From Acaryochloris marina S15 (GTDB lineage Bacteria > Cyanobacteriota > Cyanobacteriia > Thermosynechococcales > Thermosynechococcaceae): DNA of 32,000 nucleotides. Each line of letters starts with the position of its first letter. The stretch's first letter is position 1. The notes beneath the pieces were generated by a model. That model was not told the DNA's origin. It searched no databases and saw only the letters and a program-made list of their open reading frames with translations. A program made the translations under genes and the position numbers. Positions 20,277 to 26,509 of this stretch are shown here, one piece after another. The stretch is taken from positions 3,360,001 through 3,392,000 of the forward strand of contig NZ_CP064923.1 in the NCBI RefSeq assembly GCF_018336915.1, read 5' to 3'.

Positions 20277-21647
20277 ATGAATACTCAAAAGTATGTATCA
20301 ACTTTGAAAATCTTCCCTACGCTGCTCGGTCTAGCAAGCATGAGTGTTTTGACCAGCTTACCTAGCGTTGCCAGCCAATCTTCCCTTCTCTCTAACTCAT
20401 CCACACAACTGATAGCTGAAGCTGAAGCCCCTAAAGAGCTTTCTCCTGCTGCCTTGAAAGTTCTATGCAAGAACTTCCCTCTGAACTCTCGTTGCACTGG
20501 AGCAGCAACCGAAACTAGCGAAGATGCTTCAGCAACGGATAGTGCTCCTGCTGATACTACAGTATCTGCAGAAGAAGAATCGGCTGATTCCCCCGCCATG
20601 AGCGATGCTCCAGGTGGTGAAGTAGATGCTGCGGCTGAGCCGACAGATACTGCAGAGGGTGGCGCAGAACAACCCACCGAAACACCGACTGCCAGTGACG
20701 CTCCTGCTGACGATGCAATGGGAGCTACTGATGAAACGGATGCCGCTGCAGAAGGTGGTGCAGAACAACCTACTGACGATCCATCTGTCAGTGATGCCCC
20801 TGCTGACGATGCAATGGGAGCTACTGATGAAACGGACGCCGCTGCGGAAGGTGGTGCAGAACAACCTACTGACGATCCATCTGCCAGTGATGCCCCTGCT
20901 GATGATGCAGTGAATGCTACCGACGAGACGGACGCCACTGCAGAAGGTGGTGCAGAACAACCTGCTGACGATCCATCTGCTGGTGATGCCACTACACCGG
21001 ATGCCACTGCTCCGACAATGACAGCTCCCACTGTCGCTCCTCCCACTGTTACTCCCCCAACCGTAACTCCCCCTGTTTCAGGTCCTGAAGGCGGTGAAGG
21101 TGGTGCTGCACAACCCGCTGATGATACCGGTGCCACTCCTACAGCTCCTATAGAGGAAACGAGCCCTGAAGGAGCAATGCCTTCAGAAACTGAACAACCC
21201 TCCAGCAGTACCCCTGAAACCACTCCAAGTGCTGATGCTTTAAAGCCAGAAGCTGATTCTGCATCAGGAGAACAATCCTCCATCTCTGAGGGTGAGCTTA
21301 AGCAATTTGCAACCGCCATACCTCAATTAAGTTCACTTGAGAAAACAACCAAAGGGGAAATTTCCCAAGTGATTGGTCAGTCAGGACTGACCCAAGATAA
21401 GTTCAATTCTCTATACAATGGGCAGCAAGCCAGTAGCCCAGCAGTAGATGCCACTGATGCAGAAAAACAGTCCTTTGAACAAGCAATGACCAAAATTCAG
21501 GCCATTGAAAAAAAGGGGCAAGCAGAGCAAGAAAAAGTGATTCGTTCCCAAGGACTAGAACCTCAGAGATTTAGTCAGATCTTAGCGGCTGTTCGCCAAG
21601 ACCAATCCTTGCGAACCAAAGTTCAGCAGATGTTACAAACAAACTAG
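20277..21647 (+). CDS. Secreted polyanionic repeat protein with DUF4168-like C-terminal domain
   Basis: 456-aa ORF with AGGAG 5 nt upstream and an N-terminal signal peptide (LLGLASMSVLTSLPSVASQ). About 270 aa are D/E/A/T/P-rich, including 32-aa tandem repeats and PTVxPP repeats. The C-terminal ~130 aa contain two helical half-repeats (ELKQFATAIPQL...GLTQDKFNSL and KQSFEQAMTKIQAI...GLEPQRFSQILAAVRQDQSLRTKVQQML) resembling DUF4168 as I recall it. Confidence 0.8.
   Translation: MNTQKYVSTLKIFPTLLGLASMSVLTSLPSVASQSSLLSNSSTQLIAEAEAPKELSPAALKVLCKNFPLNSRCTGAATETSEDASATDSAPADTTVSAEEESADSPAMSDAPGGEVDAAAEPTDTAEGGAEQPTETPTASDAPADDAMGATDETDAAAEGGAEQPTDDPSVSDAPADDAMGATDETDAAAEGGAEQPTDDPSASDAPADDAVNATDETDATAEGGAEQPADDPSAGDATTPDATAPTMTAPTVAPPTVTPPTVTPPVSGPEGGEGGAAQPADDTGATPTAPIEETSPEGAMPSETEQPSSSTPETTPSADALKPEADSASGEQSSISEGELKQFATAIPQLSSLEKTTKGEISQVIGQSGLTQDKFNSLYNGQQASSPAVDATDAEKQSFEQAMTKIQAIEKKGQAEQEKVIRSQGLEPQRFSQILAAVRQDQSLRTKVQQMLQTN
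20625..20990 (+). repeat. 96-bp in-frame tandem repeat (3 full units plus a degenerate leading unit)
   Basis: Units at 20697-20792, 20793-20888 and 20889-20984 are >90% identical. Each encodes DAPADDAMGATDETDAAAEGGAEQPTDDPS(V/A)S. A 72-nt degenerate copy occupies 20625-20696. Confidence 0.9.
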
Positions 21648-21685
21648 AGCAGTTCACTAAATTAGTGAAACTACTGTTTTGATAA

Positions 21686-21724
21686 GAAAACATTACGGCA
21701 CAACCAGTTTGCCGTAATGTTTTC
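21686..21724 (+). terminator. Strong terminator-like hairpin after the repeat-protein gene
   Basis: GAAAACATTACGGCA pairs with TGCCGTAATGTTTTC in a perfect 15-bp stem with a 9-nt loop. The stem ends in TTTTC and lies 39 nt after the stop codon. Confidence 0.65.
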
Positions 21725-21793
21725 TGTATAGGACATTTGGTGAGTGGCTGGATCTTCTCCAGTTAGTATTGAGACAAAGAGAGAAAAAGCGGC

Positions 21794-22471
21794 ATGAAGC
21801 TTCTACTAGTAGAAGATGACGAGCGAATTGCAGAAGCATTGGCAGAAGATCTGACGGATCAGCACTATGCAGTAGATATAGCCCATGATGGAGAAATGGG
21901 CTGGGAACTACTGGAGGCATTTACCTATGATTTGGTTTTGCTAGATGTTATGTTGCCCAAGATGGATGGTTTGGCTTTCTGTCGGCAGATGAGAGACCAA
22001 GGTTTGGATATTCCCGTACTGATGCTGACAGCTCGAGATACTACAGCAAATAAAGTCGATGGGCTAGACGCAGGTGCCGATGATTATGTTGTCAAACCTT
22101 GTGAGTTAGAGGAAATATCGGCCAGAATTCGGGCCCTTTTGCGTCGGAGTCCCATGACTTCGCCACCAATCCTGGAATGGGAGGATCTGAAGCTAAATCC
22201 CAATACCTGCGAGGTCTTCTTTCAAGAAGGGCTGATTGCTTTGACTCCCAAAGAATATAGCCTGTTGGAGCTTTTTTTAAGAAACAAACGTCGAGTATTC
22301 AGTCGAGCCCAAATCCTGGAGCATCTTTGGGCTTATGAAGTTTTACCAGAAGAAGATACGGTAAAAGCCCATATCAAAGGGTTACGGCATAAGTTGAAAG
22401 GGGCAGGAGCCCCCAATGATTTAATTCAAACGGTCTATGGTTTTGGCTATCGTCTTAAACAGGTTTCGTAA
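21794..22471 (+). CDS. OmpR/PhoB-family response regulator
   Basis: 225-aa ORF. The receiver domain reads MKLLLVEDDERIAEAL...YDLVLLDVMLPKMDG...MLTARD...DAGADDYVVKP. The winged-helix output reads LTPKEYSLLELFLRN...VYGFGYRL. Confidence 0.93.
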   Translation: MKLLLVEDDERIAEALAEDLTDQHYAVDIAHDGEMGWELLEAFTYDLVLLDVMLPKMDGLAFCRQMRDQGLDIPVLMLTARDTTANKVDGLDAGADDYVVKPCELEEISARIRALLRRSPMTSPPILEWEDLKLNPNTCEVFFQEGLIALTPKEYSLLELFLRNKRRVFSRAQILEHLWAYEVLPEEDTVKAHIKGLRHKLKGAGAPNDLIQTVYGFGYRLKQVS

Positions 22472-23840
22472 TCCTCTCTTTCAAGGATTGCGGTGGCGTT
22501 TATTGCTGTCTTACTTATTGGTTATGGCAGCAATCTTGGCCGTTTTTAGCGTACAAGTCTATGTCTTTGTAAGTCGACGACTCTACGCCCAAATTGATGC
22601 AGAGCTACAAACTTTAGCTCAATCTGCAGCCCTTTCTCTCTCAGATATTAAACAGGAAGGCAAGCCCTATCTCGATAAAGTAGATAAAGTTCCATGGCGC
22701 GATATCTTTAATCGAGACCGACATAGTTTGGAATGGTTCACAGCAGATGGTCGGTTGTTGGCTCGGAAAGGGGCGATTACACTTCACTTGCCACCCAAAC
22801 TGAGAGAACAAAATATTGTTGTCCGAGTCATACGAGAAGAGAAGTCTTTTCAGGTTCGTGCATTTACTATTTCTGTTCATAGCGATGCCGATGCGCTAAA
22901 GCGCCCCTTACTAGAAGGATATATTCGGGCTAGTCAGTCCATTACTCCTGTAGAAAAAGCTCAGCTGAGGCTGCTTTGGGGACTAGGAGTAGGAGGAACG
23001 ATTGCACTAGGTTTAGTCGGAATAGGAGGGTTGTGGCTAACGGAATATTCACTAAAACCAGTTGAGCAAAGTTTTTTGAGGCTAAAGCAGTTTACTGCGG
23101 ACGCTTCCCATGAGTTACGAACTCCCCTAACAGTGATCAAAACATCTGTTGAGGTGATGATGAATCATCCAGAAAGAGTCCACCCCAAAGATGCAAAAAA
23201 ACTGGCGGCTATTTCTAGTGCAACTGCACAAATGAACCGATTAGTTGAAGATCTACTCTTTTTGGCGAGAACAGATACATCTGTACCAACTGCCCGACGA
23301 GAATGGACTAGAGTGGCTTTAGATGAAGTCCTGAAGGACTTAGTCGACTTTTTAGATCCTTCTGCTCAAACTCAAGGGGTTGAATTAGTGACCCAAGGCA
23401 TTGTTCCAATGACATTAGTTGGAGATGCCATGCAATTGGCTCGATTATTCTCAAATCTATTAAGGAATGCTGTGGCTTACACCCCTTCTGGGGGAAAAGT
23501 GACTCTATCTGTAGCGCGGACTAACCAGGTCACCATTATTAGTGTGGAGGATACTGGAATAGGCATCTCTAAAGAACAAATTCCCTATATCTTTAACCGC
23601 TTTTATCGTGTAGATAAGCACCGAGCTCGAAGGCAAGGAGGCTTAGGCCTTGGGTTGGCTATAGCTCAATCCATTGCTCAACTTCATAAAGGCAAAATTA
23701 CTATTCAGAGTCAAGTTGGGGTAGGGAGTTGTTTCCGAGTTCATTTACCAACGGTACAAATGGGTGTCATTGAAGTATCTAATAACTCTATTCAGTTAGC
23801 TTCTAGGAGTACTCCACTAGTATCTCCAAAAGTTAAATAA
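22437..23840 (+). CDS. Sensor histidine kinase (HisKA plus HATPase_c, two-TM periplasmic-sensing type)
   Basis: 467-aa ORF with TM1 LRWRLLLSYLLVMAAILAVF, a ~140-aa periplasmic segment and TM2 LLWGLGVGGTIALGLVGIGGLWL. Kinase boxes: H-box FTADASHELRTPLT, N-box LFSNLLRNAVAYT, G1 VEDTGIGI, G2 GGLGLGLAIA. The ATG at 22437 overlaps the regulator gene by 35 nt. The in-frame TTG at 22488 is an alternative start. Confidence 0.9.
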   Translation: MVLAIVLNRFRNPLFQGLRWRLLLSYLLVMAAILAVFSVQVYVFVSRRLYAQIDAELQTLAQSAALSLSDIKQEGKPYLDKVDKVPWRDIFNRDRHSLEWFTADGRLLARKGAITLHLPPKLREQNIVVRVIREEKSFQVRAFTISVHSDADALKRPLLEGYIRASQSITPVEKAQLRLLWGLGVGGTIALGLVGIGGLWLTEYSLKPVEQSFLRLKQFTADASHELRTPLTVIKTSVEVMMNHPERVHPKDAKKLAAISSATAQMNRLVEDLLFLARTDTSVPTARREWTRVALDEVLKDLVDFLDPSAQTQGVELVTQGIVPMTLVGDAMQLARLFSNLLRNAVAYTPSGGKVTLSVARTNQVTIISVEDTGIGISKEQIPYIFNRFYRVDKHRARRQGGLGLGLAIAQSIAQLHKGKITIQSQVGVGSCFRVHLPTVQMGVIEVSNNSIQLASRSTPLVSPKVK

Positions 23841-24055
23841 AGGGTAGTGCCCCAACAGTAAGAATCGCTTAAACTTAGTATCATCAGTACTTTCACCAAA
23901 CTCACCCAAGTGTCTTAACCTTAAGTCTCTGAACAAATCAAAGGCTAGGAAGCTAACCTACCATCAGCTTCTTAAATACATTGAGGTAAAGGCATACGGA
24001 GATGCAACGGGTTCGTCACTAGTTGGAAGACCCGACTGACAGATACAGAGCATGA

Positions 24056-24280
24056 TTAATAATCGCAAAAAAGTTCAGATTGCTTGATCAACTGCTGTAG
24101 TTCATCACATTCCATACCTTGAATCGCCATTGCAAGGCCAGTATGAACAAGCGCCAGTCTCTGTCGCGCTTCTGGGCTCAAATCTTCGGCAGCTTCTTCT
24201 GCACAATCTAGGATTGTAGCTGTCATGGTCAAGTTATCAAAGGTAACTGCTAATGCTTCGGCTAACAGGCTGGTTAACAT
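24056..24280 (-). CDS. Hypothetical small acidic helical protein (74 aa)
   Basis: ORF with GGGGAG 5 nt upstream of the ATG. It is acidic with 3 Cys and belongs to no family I recognise. Confidence 0.4.
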   Translation of the reverse strand: MLTSLLAEALAVTFDNLTMTATILDCAEEAAEDLSPEARQRLALVHTGLAMAIQGMECDELQQLIKQSELFCDY

Positions 24281-24380
24281 GATCTCCCCGCTTTTTTCCT
24301 GAGTTCTCTTTTATCATCTGCCAAAGTAATTGAGAGCGAAACAGAGTTATCACGGATTTGTTCTGCGAGATGGCCCAAAA

Positions 24381-24457
24381 CTCTAGTGGTTTACCCGGAT
24401 AGAGATCCTACGTAGTCCGAGTTCGAATCACTGATAGGCTCTAGTGGTTTACCCGGA
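24381..24457. repeat. Two perfect 19-bp direct repeats CTCTAGTGGTTTACCCGGA (24381-24399, 24439-24457)
   Basis: Exact copies lie 58 bp apart (start to start), 100-180 nt upstream of the 24280 start codon on the minus strand. The spacer contains the palindrome CTACGTAG. Confidence 0.85.
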
Positions 24458-24630
24458 GGAGAATAAAAAATAAGACTCTGGAACTAGAACATTTCTGTCT
24501 GGTTACATATGATGCTCCATGGTGAATATCTATGGACCAGAGGAGGAATTCAATACTGTACTCAAGGCACTAAATCACACTTCCTATAGGTTTGCAGAGT
24601 AAGAAGATCTATTAACTACTCCAATAACCA

Positions 24631-24661
24631 GAATTCCCAACCTGCGTTTGGTTGGGAATTC
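24631..24661 (-). terminator. Terminator-like hairpin after the Spy-like gene
   Basis: GAATTCCCAACC-TGCGTTT-GGTTGGGAATTC is a perfect 12-bp stem with a 7-nt loop, 18 nt beyond the stop codon at 24679. On the minus strand it is followed by TGGTTATTGG. Confidence 0.6.
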
Positions 24662-24678
24662 GGTGTAAGTTTGTGGCG

Positions 24679-25200
24679 TTATTTCGCTTGAGAGTTTTCT
24701 GGCCCGTGATGTCGGCGGCCATGTCGGCGGCCCCAACGGCCTCTCCTTTGCTTCTTTAGCTCTGCCATTTTAGTTCGTTGCTCAGGAGTGAGGACTTGTC
24801 GAATCTTTAGTTTAGTTTCAAATCGGGCCTCACCCATGTCACGGCGCAAATCTTGTAAAATTCGATGTTGCGCTCTCAATTCATCATCAGATGCATCGCT
24901 AGCCATCAAGGCTTGCATTTTGTCTTTAGCCGCTCGCAAAGCTTCTCGTTTTGCTTGCTTATCCTGTTTATTCTGCTCCCGAATTTGATCGATTTCTGAG
25001 ACTTGATCCGGGCTAAGATTCAGTTGCTGGCGGAACTGCTCTCGTCGACGTTTTCTAAATTCTTCCTTATTCGGTTTTTCAGTCGTTTCTTGTGCAATTG
25101 CGTAACTAGGAAACAAAGATTCGGTCGCAACAGTCAAACCATTACCTATTGGGAGTAATAGCGGTAGGGCAGCCAGTAAATAAACAGCACGGAATTTCAT
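24679..25200 (-). CDS. Periplasmic Spy/CpxP/ZraP-family (LTxxQ) protein with Arg/His-rich C-terminal tail
   Basis: 173 aa from the ATG at 25198-25200, with AAGAGG 9 nt upstream. Signal peptide: MKFRAVYLLAALPLLLPIGNG...AIAQE. Two LTxxQ-type motifs (LNLSPDQ and VLTPEQR) sit in a charged helical protein. The tail is RRGRWGRRHGRRHHGPENSQAK. The 50-codon upstream extension in the track (to 25350) looks non-coding. Confidence 0.8.
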   Translation of the reverse strand: MKFRAVYLLAALPLLLPIGNGLTVATESLFPSYAIAQETTEKPNKEEFRKRRREQFRQQLNLSPDQVSEIDQIREQNKQDKQAKREALRAAKDKMQALMASDASDDELRAQHRILQDLRRDMGEARFETKLKIRQVLTPEQRTKMAELKKQRRGRWGRRHGRRHHGPENSQAK

Positions 25201-25490
25201 ACTAAAAAACCTCTTGTTTGGAGATGTTGGGTGATGTATGTGCATAAGTGCTCCCAACGCTCTAATCATAAGAAAAGCACTACTATGACCGAAAGGATCA
25301 CATTTCCCAAATTGGTATGGATCTAAAGAACCGGATTGGAGTAGTACCAAAGTTCTAGATCTCAGGACAAAAAACGAAGATGGATAAACTTCACTTTAGT
25401 CCGATTCAGACAATTATGAGTTCCAGGTGTACCTAACAAAGACTTTGACATAAGCATTCTTTTGGTGATTAAAAACTATTTTCAGGCATA

Positions 25491-25630
25491 GTTTCAACAC
25501 TCTTGATATATTTTCACTAAAAAATCATTTCTCTCCAAGATTGTTTATTCACCTCATTCAAACCTTGATATCATTCAATTCCTAAAAACAAGGCATACAA
25601 CTCTTGAATTAATTAAATCCTAAAAGAATA
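25491..25630. promoter_or_regulatory. Three copies of a loose ~30-nt motif CAAC..CTTGA(T/A)AT-N8-11-CTAAAA in an AT-rich spacer
   Basis: CTTGA cores are at 25502, 25564 and 25603, each followed 15-18 nt later by CTAAAA. The motif lies in the ~850-bp gap between the divergent Spy-like gene and the mini-gene at 26055. Confidence 0.3.
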
Positions 25631-26054
25631 CCCCATCCTCAATAAATATGCTGCCTACAAGATTCACGAAATATCTAATAATTTATTCATAGTCTGATTT
25701 AAGAATAGGGACAATAGTCTTAACGGAAGAATTAAATCTAGAGATCTTGCAGATCAAACTTACTAGCATATAGCTCAATACCTCTCTGAGATTAAACTAT
25801 GACGATAGATCCAGAACTAAAAACTCAGTAAGATCACGCTGACAAGCAGAAAGTATCACGTTGTTCATGTGATCCAAATCGGATGATTCATTGGCCTTTA
25901 CCGATAAGTTAGGAAAAGAGAGATAAACAGATTAGAAGCAAGTTCATTGCTCTTCTATTAATAAGAAATAGAGACTCTAGCATCACTTCATCTAATATAT
26001 CTCTGACAAATCAGTCAACGTTCTTATTCTATTTTTCTGTTGGAAGAATCTATC

Positions 26055-26192
26055 ATGCTAAAGCCAATTAAAGTTACGCTGCTAGGTCTAATGGCAGCAA
26101 CCACAACCACACTTGCTATCCCCCAAGCTAATGCTTACTCTTCATCGTCGGTTGGGCAACAATCAGAAGCTGCAGAACAAACTCAAAATTAG
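26055..26192 (+). CDS. Mini-ORF encoding a signal peptide plus an 18-residue Ser/Gln/Glu-rich tail (45 aa)
   Basis: It is below the track's size cutoff. ATG at 26055 has GGAAG 9 nt upstream. MLKPIKVTLLGLMAATTTTLAIPQANA|YSSSSVGQQSEAAEQTQN has n-, h- and c-regions with an A-x-A cleavage site. It stops at TAG 26190-26192, directly after an A4 run. Confidence 0.55.
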   Translation: MLKPIKVTLLGLMAATTTTLAIPQANAYSSSSVGQQSEAAEQTQN

Positions 26193-26227
26193 TAGTATCT
26201 CATCATCGCTGGCGAGGAAGACGCAAA

Positions 26228-26371
26228 TTGCGTCGAGTACGCTGGCGCAAAAAGTGGGTATGCTTCAAGCGCCCTGTCGTTTTCTATCGCCATGGACGTA
26301 AAATCGTGAAATTCAAGCGCCACTGCCACTGGAAAAAGTTCCGGGTACATCATGGGGGACATCATTTCTAA
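26228..26371 (+). CDS. Arg/Lys/His/Trp-rich peptide frame (47 aa from a TTG start, or continuation of 26055 ORF by a -1 shift)
   Basis: The -1 frame relative to 26055 is open from 26132 to TAA 26369-26371 (79 codons, no ATG). It encodes ...HHRWRGRRKLRRVRWRKKWVCFKRPVVFYRHGRKIVKFKRHCHWKKFRVHHGGHHF. TTG at 26228 has GAGGAAG ~10 nt upstream. The composition is far from random, but the start is unresolved. Confidence 0.35.
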   Translation: MRRVRWRKKWVCFKRPVVFYRHGRKIVKFKRHCHWKKFRVHHGGHHF

Positions 26372-26435
26372 AATTGATGCAAGTTGATTTCAACCTCAGG
26401 CCTGAGATTCATCAATAATGTCATCGATTCAATAT

Positions 26436-26481
26436 AATTAAGCGGCTCTAGAAAACTTCAATCCCATAAAGCCGCTTAATT
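26436..26481. terminator. 12-bp perfect inverted repeat between convergent genes
   Basis: AATTAAGCGGCT (26436-26447) pairs with AGCCGCTTAATT (26470-26481) around a 22-nt loop. It lies between the 26371 stop (+) and the 26510 stop (-). Confidence 0.4.
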
Positions 26482-26509
26482 GAGAAACTACAAAGTCTGG
26501 CGCAGTCTT

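Noticed and set aside
20625-20990. Tandem repeats considered as a possible CRISPR-like array
   Set aside because: The units are contiguous with no unique spacers. They are 96 bp long and lie in-frame within a coding sequence. No cas-like genes are nearby.
20285-21319. 344-aa minus-strand ORF, plus alternative-frame ORFs at 20529..20960 (-) and 20626..20913 (+), overlapping the acidic repeat-protein gene
   Set aside because: These are open only because the GCN/GAN-rich repetitive sequence lacks stop codons in several frames. The plus-strand frame has an SD, a signal peptide and a structured C-terminal domain. The antisense products are featureless Ser/Ala/Gly strings.
24405-24435. tRNA-like T-loop string GAGTTCGAATC, considered as a tRNA gene or fragment
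   Set aside because: The flanking bases do not form a T-stem (CCGAG versus CACTG). No acceptor, D or anticodon arms can be drawn. At most it is a relic.
25201-25350. 50-codon N-terminal extension of the Spy-like ORF in the track
   Set aside because: The internal ATG at 25200 has a well-placed AAGAGG SD and starts directly with a signal peptide. The extension would bury that signal peptide and has no sensible features.
26113-26301. 62-aa TTG-initiated ORF in the third forward frame of the mini-gene region
   Set aside because: It has no SD, a non-ATG start and an unremarkable Ser/Leu/Lys/Gln product. The other two frames carry much stronger signals, namely a signal peptide and an extreme Arg/His/Trp bias. 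I cannot fully exclude it.
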